From an uncultured Pelagibacteraceae bacterium (lineage in GTDB: Bacteria > Pseudomonadota > Alphaproteobacteria > Pelagibacterales > Pelagibacteraceae), in assembly GCA_902606105.1 (NCBI GenBank), contig CACLFK010000004.1, forward strand, positions 10,255 through 74,254: a stretch of 64,000 bases of DNA, in the 5' to 3' direction. The notes under the pieces are model-generated. The model did no database searches. It worked only from the letters and a program-made list of their open reading frames with translations, and was not told the origin of the DNA. A program made the position numbers and the translations under genes. Below are positions 19,673 to 29,897 of this stretch, one piece after another; position 1 is the stretch's first letter, and each line of letters opens with the position of its first letter.

Positions 19673-20491
19673 ATGACTAAAAATTTAGATACAGCTGGCC
19701 TCAGTTCAATTGCCCAGGATTATGATCTATTTTATATAGATTTATGGGGCGTTGTTCATAATGGTATAAAACTTTATGAAGGTGCGATTAAGACTCTTAA
19801 AGAGCTTAAAAAAAATAATAAAGATTTTGTTCTATTAACTAACGCACCAAGACCAAATGAAACTGTAAAAAATTTTTTAGAGAAGATGGGAATGGAAGAA
19901 GAGTTTAGAAATCATGTTTTCACATCAGGAGAAGCTGCACTAAATTATCTAAAAAAATTATATTTATCAAAAAAATTTTTTCATATTGGGCCACCAAGAG
20001 ACTTTGATTTATTTAATCCTTTTAAAAAAAACAAATCAAGTGATCTAGCTGAAAGTGAATACTTATTATGTACTGGTCTATTTGACAATCATAACAAAGA
20101 TTTAAATTATTATAAAAATATACTTGAGGCACATACCCATAAAGAGATGATATGCACAAACCCTGACTTGATTGTTGATCGAGGAAATGTAAGAGAATTA
20201 TGTGCAGGTTCTGTTGCTATGGTTTTTGAAAAAATGGGAGGAAAAGTAGTATATTTTGGAAAACCATATTCTGAAGTTTATAATCAATCAATTGACAATT
20301 TTAATAAAAGAACTCTATCTATAGGAGATAATTTAAATACTGATATTAAGGGTGCTAATTTATTAAATTATGATTCTTTGTTAATTTCTAATGGTATTCA
20401 TAAATTGGAAATTTTAAATAAAGGTATTTTAGAGGTTTCAAAAGAATATGAAACAGTTGTAAATTATACTCAGTCGGATCTTAAATGGTAA
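19673..20491 (+). CDS. HAD-IIA family hydrolase (TIGR01459 type)
   Basis: DLWGVVHNG, TNAPRP, NPD, GKP, IGDNLNTDI; usual position upstream of ribF. Confidence 0.9.
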   Translation: MTKNLDTAGLSSIAQDYDLFYIDLWGVVHNGIKLYEGAIKTLKELKKNNKDFVLLTNAPRPNETVKNFLEKMGMEEEFRNHVFTSGEAALNYLKKLYLSKKFFHIGPPRDFDLFNPFKKNKSSDLAESEYLLCTGLFDNHNKDLNYYKNILEAHTHKEMICTNPDLIVDRGNVRELCAGSVAMVFEKMGGKVVYFGKPYSEVYNQSIDNFNKRTLSIGDNLNTDIKGANLLNYDSLLISNGIHKLEILNKGILEVSKEYETVVNYTQSDLKW

Positions 20492-21408
20492 AATTATACA
20501 AAAATTTTAATATAAAAAATAAACATAAAAGTTCTTTAATTTTAATTGGAAATTTTGATGGTGTACATTTAGGACACCAAAAATTATTCAAATTAGCTAA
20601 ATTATATAAGAAAAAATATAAGCTCAAAATTGGAGTAATTAATTTTGACCCTATGCCCAAAATGTTTTTTAACAAATTACTTAAAAATTTTAGGATCACG
20701 AGTATCAATCAAAAAATTGAATTACTAAGTAAACTCAAAGTAGATTTTATTATCACTAAAAAATTTGATAAAAAGTTTTCTAAAACTAAGTCCCTTAATT
20801 TTATTAAAGAAATTTTAAATAAAAAATTAAAATCAAAATTTATATTTGTTAGTAGTAATTTCAGATTTGGTAATAAAAGGGAGGGGAATGTTAATTTATT
20901 AATTAAAAATGAAAAAAAATTTAATTTTAAAGTAGTAAAGCCAGAACCATTGATCAAACAACATAAAATAATTTCATCTACATTAATTAGGAGTCTTTTA
21001 GAGAAAGGATATTTAGAAAAAGCAAATAAGCTTTTAGATAGAAATTGGACTATTGATGGAAATGTTCAGAAAGGAAGACAGGTTGGCAAAAAAATTGGTT
21101 TCCCAACATGCAATATAGATATTAAAGATTATGTTTTAGCAAAACCCGGTGTTTATGCAGTACGAGTATCAAGACCCAATAATTCTAATTATTTAAGAGG
21201 AATAGCAAATCTTGGATATAGACCAACATTTAATCAGAAAAAAATCTTATTAGAGGTTCATTTATTTAATTATTCTGGAAATCTTTATAATAAACTCCTA
21301 TCAGTGGAGTTTTTAAAGTTTATTAGAAAAGAAAAAAAATTTAAAAGTGTTAATCAATTAAAGTCTCAAATTAAAAAAGATTTGAATATTGCAAAAAAAA
21401 CTAAATGA
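20485..21408 (+). CDS. ribF: Bifunctional riboflavin kinase/FAD synthetase
   Basis: GNFDGVHLGH, ISSTLIR, GFPTCN, GYRPTF, LEVHLF. Confidence 0.97.
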   Translation: MVKLYKNFNIKNKHKSSLILIGNFDGVHLGHQKLFKLAKLYKKKYKLKIGVINFDPMPKMFFNKLLKNFRITSINQKIELLSKLKVDFIITKKFDKKFSKTKSLNFIKEILNKKLKSKFIFVSSNFRFGNKREGNVNLLIKNEKKFNFKVVKPEPLIKQHKIISSTLIRSLLEKGYLEKANKLLDRNWTIDGNVQKGRQVGKKIGFPTCNIDIKDYVLAKPGVYAVRVSRPNNSNYLRGIANLGYRPTFNQKKILLEVHLFNYSGNLYNKLLSVEFLKFIRKEKKFKSVNQLKSQIKKDLNIAKKTK

Positions 21409-24119
21409 GTAATTCTCAAATAAACCTTCCTAAAACAGCTTTTTCAATGAAAGCTAATTTGCCTGTGAGAGAGCCAGAAATTTTAGAATATTGGCAGAAG
21501 ATTAATCTTTACAAAGAATTAAGAAATTCAAGCAAAGGAAAAGAAAAATTTGTTCTCCACGATGGTCCTCCATATGCAAATGGTAATATCCACATGGGAA
21601 CTGCTCTTAATAAAATTTTAAAAGACATTATTGTAAAATTCCATCAAATGGACGGTAAAGACTCTATCTATGTTCCTGGATGGGATTGCCATGGGTTACC
21701 AATCGAGTGGAAAATAGAGGAGCAATATAAAAAAAATAAAAAAAATAAAGATGATGTTCCTATAGCAGAATTTCGAAAGGAATGTAGATCTTTCGCAGAA
21801 AAATGGATCGAGGTACACAAAGGTCAATTCAAACGTTTAGGTGTAGTAGGTGATTGGGAAAATTATTATTCGACTATGAGTTTTGATGCTGAGGCTCAAA
21901 TTGTAAGAGAGCTTGGCAAGTTTTTAAAAGAAGGAAGTTTATACAGGGGTTTTAAGCCAGTATTATGGTCTACGGTTGAAAAGACTGCTTTAGCAGATGC
22001 CGAAGTTGAATATCAAGATCATAAATCAGATACTATTTATACATCTTTTCCTGTTACAAAATCTAACTTAAAAGATCTTGTGGGAAGTGAGATAATTATT
22101 TGGACTACAACTCCTTGGACAATTCCAGCAAATAGGGCGCTAGCTTACAATGAGTCTCTTGATTATGTCCAGTTGGATTTAAAGGATGATGGTGATTTTA
22201 AAAATAGAAAAATTATAGTTGCTGAAGCCTTACTGGAATCAGTAACTAATGACTGCAAAATAAAAAATTATAAAAAAATAAAAACATTTAAAGGCAAAGA
22301 ATTAAAAGGAACTATCTGTAATCATCCTTTTTTAGACCTGGGTTACGACTATGATATCCCAATGTTAGAAGCAAGGTTTGTGACTATTGAGCAGGGAACG
22401 GGTATTGTTCATTGTGCTCCAAGTCATGGACCTGATGATTTTAATTTGTGTTTAAATAATGGAATTAAAGCAATTGAAACAGTCGATGGAGATGGAAAAT
22501 ATACAAAACATGTAAGCTTATTTGAGGGTATTCATATTTTTAAAGCAAACCCAATAGTAATTGAGAAACTTAAAGAGCAAAAAAAATTATTATCAAATGG
22601 GGAGCTGCTGCACTCTTATCCACATTCTTGGAGATCAAAAGCTCCACTAGTTCATAGAGCCACTCCACAATGGTTTATATCCATGGAAAGCCACAAGTTG
22701 AGAGATAAAGCTTTGAAAGCAATTAATGATACAACTTTTTATCCTAGCAAGGGAAAAGAGAGGTTAAAGTCAATGATAGAGACCAGACCAGATTGGTGTG
22801 TATCACGACAAAGAGTTTGGGGTGTTCCTCTTCCAATTTTTGTTAACAAAAAAACTAAAGAAATCTTAGTAGACGATAATGTTAATGAAAATATTGCATC
22901 TATTTACGAAAAAGAGGGTTCAGATTGCTGGTTTTCAGATGACCCACAGAGATTTTTAGGAGACACATACAAAGCTGAAGATTATGATAAATTGAGTGAT
23001 ATTGTAGAGGTGTGGTTTGATAGTGGGTCCACGCATTCATTTGTACTTGAAAAAAGAGAAGATTTAAAGTGGCCAGCATCAATGTATTTAGAAGGATCAG
23101 ATCAGCATAGAGGCTGGTTTCATTCGTCATTATTAGAGTCTTGCGGAACTAGGGGTAGAGCACCATTTGAAAATATTTTATCTCATGGATTTGTTGTGGA
23201 TGGCAAAGGGTTAAAAATGTCAAAATCTTTAGGAAATGTAATTGCCCCAGAAGATATTTTAAAAAAATATGGAGCAGATATACTAAGAATTTGGGTAGCA
23301 TCATCAAATTATTCAGAAGATTTAAGAATAGATTATTCAATTCTTGACCAACATGCAGAATCTTACAGAAAAATCAGAAATACATTCAGATATTTGCTTG
23401 GAAATATTAAAGATAATTTTGAAGAAGTTGATTTTGAAAAAGTAGATTTAAATGAATTGCCAGAACTTGAACAATTTATGCTTCATAAGTTGTATACTTT
23501 AAATGTTAATTTTAAAAAATATTTTAAAAAATATGATTTTCACAACTTATACAAAGAGCTACTTAATTTTTGTACAGTAGATTTATCAGCTTTTTATTTT
23601 GATATAAGGAAAGACTCATTATATTGTGATCCTGTAGACTCGAAAAAAAGAAAGTCAACTATACTGTTGTTAAATATAATTTTGAATTCATTATTAAAAT
23701 GGTTTGCACCAATTTTATCCTTTACTACTGAGGAGATTTACAGATTGTTATTTAAAGATAACAAAAGTATCCATTTAGAAAAATTTTTAAATTTTCCAAA
23801 TTCCTTTTCGAATGAACAATTGAATCAAAAATGGATGGAGTTGATCAAAATAAGAAATATTTGCAATATAAGCATCGAGGAAAAAAGAGCTAATAAAGAA
23901 ATTGGGTCAAGTTTAGAGGCAGACTTAAATATTCAACTGGATAAAAAATTAGAGGAAATTACAAAAAATATAGATTTTTCAGAACTTTGTATTACATCAA
24001 AAGCTCAAATTTCTTTTAAGAAAAACCAAGAAACCAATGCACAAACTACAAAAGCAAAAGGAACAAAGTGTCCTGTATGTTGGAAAATAAGTGAAGTTAG
24101 TTGTTCAAGACATACTTGA
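21405..24119 (+). CDS. ileS: Isoleucine-tRNA ligase (IleRS1 type)
   Basis: DGPPYANG-HMGT, GWDCHGLP, WTTTPWT, EGSDQHRGWF, KMSKS. Confidence 0.98.
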   Translation: MSNSQINLPKTAFSMKANLPVREPEILEYWQKINLYKELRNSSKGKEKFVLHDGPPYANGNIHMGTALNKILKDIIVKFHQMDGKDSIYVPGWDCHGLPIEWKIEEQYKKNKKNKDDVPIAEFRKECRSFAEKWIEVHKGQFKRLGVVGDWENYYSTMSFDAEAQIVRELGKFLKEGSLYRGFKPVLWSTVEKTALADAEVEYQDHKSDTIYTSFPVTKSNLKDLVGSEIIIWTTTPWTIPANRALAYNESLDYVQLDLKDDGDFKNRKIIVAEALLESVTNDCKIKNYKKIKTFKGKELKGTICNHPFLDLGYDYDIPMLEARFVTIEQGTGIVHCAPSHGPDDFNLCLNNGIKAIETVDGDGKYTKHVSLFEGIHIFKANPIVIEKLKEQKKLLSNGELLHSYPHSWRSKAPLVHRATPQWFISMESHKLRDKALKAINDTTFYPSKGKERLKSMIETRPDWCVSRQRVWGVPLPIFVNKKTKEILVDDNVNENIASIYEKEGSDCWFSDDPQRFLGDTYKAEDYDKLSDIVEVWFDSGSTHSFVLEKREDLKWPASMYLEGSDQHRGWFHSSLLESCGTRGRAPFENILSHGFVVDGKGLKMSKSLGNVIAPEDILKKYGADILRIWVASSNYSEDLRIDYSILDQHAESYRKIRNTFRYLLGNIKDNFEEVDFEKVDLNELPELEQFMLHKLYTLNVNFKKYFKKYDFHNLYKELLNFCTVDLSAFYFDIRKDSLYCDPVDSKKRKSTILLLNIILNSLLKWFAPILSFTTEEIYRLLFKDNKSIHLEKFLNFPNSFSNEQLNQKWMELIKIRNICNISIEEKRANKEIGSSLEADLNIQLDKKLEEITKNIDFSELCITSKAQISFKKNQETNAQTTKAKGTKCPVCWKISEVSCSRHT

Positions 24120-24610
24120 TGAATTTGAAAATAATTAATAACAATTTTTATCTCAATTTAATAATTATTCTCTCAATTTTTATTTTAGACAGATTAACTA
24201 AACTTTATGTAATCTATTTAGATAAAATAAATATTGGTTCTGAAATATTTTCATCAAAATTTTTAAATATTTATTTGATTTGGAATGAAGGTATAGCTTT
24301 TGGGTTACTTTCATTTAATAAGAGTACTTTTTATAATTTTTTAACTTTTTTTATAGTGATAATTATATTTATAATTTTATATATGATTACTAAAAGTAAT
24401 GGACTTAAAAAATACTCTTTACTTATGATACTAGGAGGAGCATTAGGTAATGTTTTTGATAGAATAATTTATAAAGCTGTTCCAGATTTTATTGATTTTC
24501 ATGTGGGTAACTTTCACTGGTTTATTTTTAATGTATCAGATATATTTATATCAATAGGAGTAATACTAATAGTTATTTTGGAAATAATTGATAAACCTAA
24601 AAAAATATAG
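24119..24610 (+). CDS. lspA: Signal peptidase II
   Basis: WNEGIAFG, GGALGNVFDR, VPDF, FIFNVSD; TGATG overlap with ileS. Confidence 0.95.
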   Translation: MNLKIINNNFYLNLIIILSIFILDRLTKLYVIYLDKINIGSEIFSSKFLNIYLIWNEGIAFGLLSFNKSTFYNFLTFFIVIIIFIILYMITKSNGLKKYSLLMILGGALGNVFDRIIYKAVPDFIDFHVGNFHWFIFNVSDIFISIGVILIVILEIIDKPKKI

Positions 24611-24919
24611 ATGAAAAATTTAAAAATTTTTATTTTTGTTAATCTAGCAATTTTGCTTTTAACGTCCTGTACAACAGTTAAGAAAGGATTTCAAAATCCA
24701 AAAAAAAATAATAGTGACGAATTTTTGGTTGAAAAGAAATCTCCACTTGTTATGCCACCAGATTTTGATGAATTACCAATTCCTAAAATAAATGATAATA
24801 AGACGGAAATTGAAAAAAATAGCATAAAAGAACTTATCACAGAAAACTCTTCAGACTACAATGATAACATTAATGAAAATAAAGATTTAGAGGCCTCTAT
24901 TTTAGATAAAATTAATTAA
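24611..24919 (+). CDS. DUF3035-like lipoprotein
   Basis: Lipobox LTSC; DEFLVEKKSPLVMPPDFDELP; usual position after lspA. Confidence 0.85.
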   Translation: MKNLKIFIFVNLAILLLTSCTTVKKGFQNPKKNNSDEFLVEKKSPLVMPPDFDELPIPKINDNKTEIEKNSIKELITENSSDYNDNINENKDLEASILDKIN

Positions 24920-26074
24920 TGTTGACACAAAATATTAAGTTTAGAGAATTTAAAAAAAAAAAAAATAGTCTAAAAATTGATAAAGAACTTAAAAAATTAT
25001 TAAGAGAGAATAATTCTGTTATTAGATCGTTAAAAAAAAATTATGTAAATAATTTCGAAATAAAAAAATTATCTAAGTATAAAAAATTTTTAGATTATAG
25101 AGTTATTGGAATGGGTGGATCTACTCTAGGTACGCAAGCAATTTATGATTTTCTCAATTTTAAAATAAAAAAAAAATTTACTTTCTTAGATAATCTTAGT
25201 TCTTCAAAAAAAAAAATAGACAAAAAAAAATATTTAAATTTAATTATTTCAAAATCAGGTAACACTATTGAAACATCCATAAACTCAAATATTTTTATTA
25301 GAAAAAATCATACTAACATTTTTATTACTGAAAATAATCAAAACCATTTGAGAAAAGTAGCTGAAAAATTAAAAGCTGATATAATTGATCACAATAACTT
25401 TATAGGTGGCAGATATTCAGTTTTGTCAGAGGTTGGCATGTTGCCTGCCATATTAATGGGTCTCGACACTAAAAAATTTAAACAATTAAACAATATTATT
25501 AAAAATAAAAATTTTTTAAAACACCTAATTAATAATGTTGCATCTCAACTTTATTTTATAAAAAAGAGAAAATATAACTCAATAATTATAAATTATGATG
25601 AAAAATCTGAAAATTTATTAAATTGGTATCAACAATTGGTGGCTGAAAGTTTAGGTAAAAATAAAAGTGGTTTGTTGCCGATAGTTTCAAATATGCCAAA
25701 GGATAATCATAGTGTAATGCAGCTGTACTTGGATGGATTTAAAAATAACTTTTTTACTATCTTTTATGTAAAGGAAAAAAATTCTTTAAAAGTTAAAAAT
25801 AATAAAATTCTTAATTCACAGAGCTATCTAAATAATAAAAGTATAGACCAAATTATTTTTGCTCAAAAACAAGCTACAGAAAATGTATTTAATAAAAAAA
25901 ATATACCATTTAGAAGTTTTGAGGTAGACAAACGTGATGAAAAAACTTTAGGGGAACTTTTTTGTTTTTTTTGTACTTGAAACAATTTTAATTGGAAGAT
26001 CTCTCAAAATTAACCCATTTGATCAACCAGCTGTAGAACTAATAAAAACTGAGACTAAAAAAATTCTGAGTTAA
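24919..26074 (+). CDS. pgi: Glucose-6-phosphate isomerase (short form), with a +1 frameshift in the T8 run at 25965-25972
   Basis: GMGGS, SKSGNTIET, GGRYS, QLVAESLGK; removing one T restores ...NPFDQPAVELIK... to TAA 26074 (384 aa). Confidence 0.85.
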
Positions 26075-26633
26075 AATAAGATCCAAAAATTATTTTGGAT
26101 ATTCCATATTTTCTTTGATCTATGATTTGAAAAGATTTTGGAAACTTATCAATTTGATTTTTATGTCTGTGAATTATTATAATTCCCTTAGGATCTAAGA
26201 TTTTATTATAAAGCAATGATTCTATTAATACTGTTAAATCTTTTTCTTTATATGGTGGATCTAAAAAAATTATATCAAATTGAGTTTTAAAATTCTTAAA
26301 ATTAAAATTATTTAAAATATTTTTCTCGACGATTTCAAAATTCTTAATTTGTTTTAAATTATATAAATTTTTTTTTAAAATAGTTAACACACCTTTATAA
26401 TTTTCTACAAAAGTGACAAACTTTACCCTTTGGGACAAACATTCTAAACCAAAAGAACCTGTGCCAGCAAAAAGATCTAGAACTTTTGAATTTTTAAGAT
26501 TTATTGAAAATTTGTTTGAGTGATTTATAATGTTGAAAATAGACTCTTTTGTCAGATCCTTTAATGGCCTTGTATTTAAATCATTAGGTTCTAAAATTTT
26601 TTTACCTTTAAAAACCCCTGATATAATTCTCAT
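26055..26633 (-). CDS. rsmD: 16S rRNA m2G966 methyltransferase
   Basis: MRIISG, TRP, LDLFAGTGSFGLE, DPPY. Confidence 0.95.
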   Translation of the reverse strand: MRIISGVFKGKKILEPNDLNTRPLKDLTKESIFNIINHSNKFSINLKNSKVLDLFAGTGSFGLECLSQRVKFVTFVENYKGVLTILKKNLYNLKQIKNFEIVEKNILNNFNFKNFKTQFDIIFLDPPYKEKDLTVLIESLLYNKILDPKGIIIIHRHKNQIDKFPKSFQIIDQRKYGISKIIFGSYFNSEFF

Positions 26634-27896
26634 TTATCAATTACTTTAAATCCTATATCTTTTCTGTAAAAGCCTTTATCCCAATTCAATTTATTTAAGT
26701 TATCATGAATATTTCTTCGACATTTAGCAAATTCATCAGATAAAGAAATAAAGTTTAGTACGCGACCACCAATTGCATAAATTTTACTGTCATGATTCTT
26801 AGTTCCAGCGTGAAATAAAAAATTATTTTTATTCAAATTAATTTTTTCAAAATTCTTTATTTCTATATTTTTTTGATAATTTTCTGGATAACCCTTTGAG
26901 CACAAAACAACACAAATACTTTTTTGGTTTGACCATTTAATTTGAACCTCATGAAGGTTTTCTTTTACACAGGCAATAAAAATTTCTACTAAATCTGTGT
27001 CTAAAGTTGGAAGTATTGTTTGACATTCCGGATCACCCATTCTTACGTTATACTCAATAAGATATGGCTCATTATTTACGATCATTAGACCTACATATAA
27101 AAACCCCTTATATTTTGTACCAAGATCAGAAAGACCCTTCAGAGTTGGATGTATAATTTTATCAAAAATTTTCTTTTCAAGGATATCACTTATTAGTCTT
27201 GATGGTGAGTATGCCCCCATACCACCAGTATTTTTTCCTATATCACCTTCACCAACTCTTTTGTGGTCTTGGGCTGTACCAAAATTTTTTACTGTTGATC
27301 CATCACTTATTACAAAGAAACTCATTTCTTCTCCCTGAAGAAATTCTTCAAACAAAATATTTTTGGCAACGCCAAATTTACCATTAAATATCTCTTCGAC
27401 TGCTATAAAAGATTCATCTATATTTTTACAAATATAGACTCCTTTGCCAGCAGCCAAATTATCAGCTTTAATTACTAATGGATACTTGGCACTTTTTTAA
27501 AAATTTTTTTGAATCTTCTTTATTTTCAAAAATCTCAAATTTTGCAGTAGGAATATTATAATTTTTACAAATATTTTTTGTAAAAATCTTTGATCCCTCT
27601 AACTGAGAGGCTATTTTATTCGGCCCAAACACTTTGATTTTAAATTTTTCTAAATAATCAACAATTCCATTTACCAATGGATCTTCAGGACCAACAACAA
27701 CTAGATCAATTTTTTTTTCAACTATGAATGAGTGAATTTTTTTAAAATCATTTATTTCTATTTTAACATTTTCAGCAATTTCATTTGTACCCGCGTTACC
27801 TGGTATACAATAAATTTTATTTATTTTATTAGATTTTGATACCAAGAAAGTAATTGCATGTTCTCTTCCACCATTACCAAGAATTGCAATTTTCAT
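26630..27896 (-). CDS. purD: Phosphoribosylamine-glycine ligase, split by a +1 frameshift near 27493-27510
   Basis: GNGGREHA and LEGSK in the 5' part; KADNLAAGKG, QDHKR, NTGGMG, EYNVRMGDPE in the 3' part; removing one base gives 421 aa. Confidence 0.9.
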
Positions 27897-27919
27897 ATAA
27901 GTATTTATATATCTTATTA

Positions 27920-28114
27920 ATGAAAAATAAATTAGCTAAATTAAAATATTTACCAAACAATTTTAATATAATTGAACACGGTGATCATGTTATTTGTGCA
28001 GTATCTAATAAAAAAATTTTATTAGAAAATTTGAATTACTGGAGTGTCAAAAACCAAGAGGCATATTTTTCTTATATTGAAGCATCAATTAAAAGAGAAA
28101 AAGATAAATCGTAA
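27920..28114 (+). CDS. DUF2093-like small protein
   Basis: GDHVICAVS...LNYWSV..QEAY pattern; start moved to ATG 27920. Confidence 0.8.
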   Translation: MKNKLAKLKYLPNNFNIIEHGDHVICAVSNKKILLENLNYWSVKNQEAYFSYIEASIKREKDKS

Positions 28115-28123
28115 ATTAAAAAA

Positions 28124-28978
28124 TTATTTTTTCCATCTGTCATGAGTCCATATCCATTGATCTACATTCTTTAATATCATCTTTTCAAGAACACTATTAA
28201 GAAATATTGTAATTTCATTAATAGTCTTTGTCTTATTTATTATAATTGGTTTTGAAACATACATTTTGAAATAAATCTTCTTATATCTTTCGATATAAAT
28301 AGGAACCACGGCACAATCGTACTTCTTTATTAGCTGTGCAGGTATTGTAGTGGTAGCTGCCGAATGATTAAAAAAAGGCACTTTTTCTCCTTCTCTAACT
28401 CTCTGGTCAATCATAAGAGCAATTGATCTCCCTATTTTTATACTACTAAGTATTTCTCTTGTCCCTGCTCTTCCTTTTTTAATTTGTAGCTTACAAATGT
28501 CTCTCTTTCTAATTTTTTCCAATGTATTGTTTAAATACTCATTATTTAAAGGTCTATAGATAGCAGCACAATCAATACCACTCTTTTCAATTTGCATGGC
28601 CATCAACTCAAAATTATTAAAATGACCTGAAACAAAAACAACTTTTTTTTTAAGATTTTTAATTTCTTTAAGGTATTCTATTCCTTCAATAGAAATAAAT
28701 TTTTTTAATTTATCATTTTTAAAATTTTTAAGATGAACATATTCTGCAAAAATACGGCCATAATTTCCTAGGACGTTAGAAGCTATTTTTGTTTGATTAT
28801 TTTTAATACCAGCTTTATCAAGATTATTTATAATTAGGGATTTTGATCTAAAAAAAGGACCAAAAACTTTACCAATCAAAAAACCAAGATTAGAAGAAAT
28901 TTTGAAACCTAATAATTTAAACATAAAAAATAAAAAACTAATTAAAATAAATTGAATTAAGTTATTAACTTTGTTCAT
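28124..28978 (-). CDS. lpxL: Lipid A late acyltransferase (LpxL/HtrB family)
   Basis: GHFNNFE, YRPLNN, DQ, QWIWTHDRWK; in the lipid A cluster. Confidence 0.88.
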   Translation of the reverse strand: MNKVNNLIQFILISFLFFMFKLLGFKISSNLGFLIGKVFGPFFRSKSLIINNLDKAGIKNNQTKIASNVLGNYGRIFAEYVHLKNFKNDKLKKFISIEGIEYLKEIKNLKKKVVFVSGHFNNFELMAMQIEKSGIDCAAIYRPLNNEYLNNTLEKIRKRDICKLQIKKGRAGTREILSSIKIGRSIALMIDQRVREGEKVPFFNHSAATTTIPAQLIKKYDCAVVPIYIERYKKIYFKMYVSKPIIINKTKTINEITIFLNSVLEKMILKNVDQWIWTHDRWKK

Positions 28979-29897
28979 TGCTGGTGAATATAATTTTTTG
29001 TAATTTCTCTATGTTGTTTATTTTAAGTTTAATTTTTAAAAACTTAATACCTTTTTTTTGCCTTTTATTTAATCTAAAATAATCTTTTTCAGTCGTAATA
29101 ATATTCAATTTATCTTTTTTTGCTAATTTTTTAATATTGCGTATTTCATTGTTTGGTATCTTGTAATGATCTGGATAAATAATTTCTCTCTTTATTTTAA
29201 AATTATTTCTCAATAAGGTGCTTTTAAATTCATGAGGATTTCCGATACCACAAAACATTAAATAATTTTTATTTTTTTTTATTCTCCTTTGTTCTATTGC
29301 TTGATAGTTACCCTCAAAAATTTTTATATTTTTATTTAAGGATTTAATTTTATTACGAAGTTTAATATTTTTTTGTTCTCCAATTAAAAATACAATATCA
29401 TAATATTTTAATTCGTTAAGACTTTCTCTTAAAGGACCTGCGGGTAATAAGAAACCATTTCCGTAACCATAATAAGAATTGAAACAGACAATTTTTAAAT
29501 CATAAACAATATTTTTTTGTTGTAACCCATCATCCAACAATGCTATTTGAAATTTTTTTTTTTCTGCGATTCGTAACGAATCAATTCTTTCTTTTTCTGA
29601 AATAACTAATCCGTTTTTTTTCAGAAGATTTATTTCATCTGTTTGATTATAATAATTTTTTTTAATAAAAACATATTTAGCTTTTTTTTTAATTATTTTA
29701 CTTAATTCAATTGTTAAAGACGTTTTTCCTGTACCACCAATAAAAATATTACCAATGCAAATAGTTTTGATACTAAATTTTTTTTTTGGATAAAATTTCT
29801 TAATTATATTAATAATGTACGTAAAAATTGTTAATGGAAGTAATACATAAGATAAAAAACTCTTATTTATCCAAAATCTAGGTTTAATCAATTTCAT
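28965..29897 (-). CDS. lpxK: Tetraacyldisaccharide 4'-kinase
   Basis: GNIFIGGTGKT, LDDGLQ, LPAGPLRE, TTEKD. Confidence 0.95.
   Translation of the reverse strand: MKLIKPRFWINKSFLSYVLLPLTIFTYIINIIKKFYPKKKFSIKTICIGNIFIGGTGKTSLTIELSKIIKKKAKYVFIKKNYYNQTDEINLLKKNGLVISEKERIDSLRIAEKKKFQIALLDDGLQQKNIVYDLKIVCFNSYYGYGNGFLLPAGPLRESLNELKYYDIVFLIGEQKNIKLRNKIKSLNKNIKIFEGNYQAIEQRRIKKNKNYLMFCGIGNPHEFKSTLLRNNFKIKREIIYPDHYKIPNNEIRNIKKLAKKDKLNIITTEKDYFRLNKRQKKGIKFLKIKLKINNIEKLQKIIFTSNEQS

Noticed and set aside
24919-27896. Calling pgi and purD pseudogenes
   Set aside because: Each has a single +1 indel in a homopolymer and is otherwise intact; sequencing error is more parsimonious
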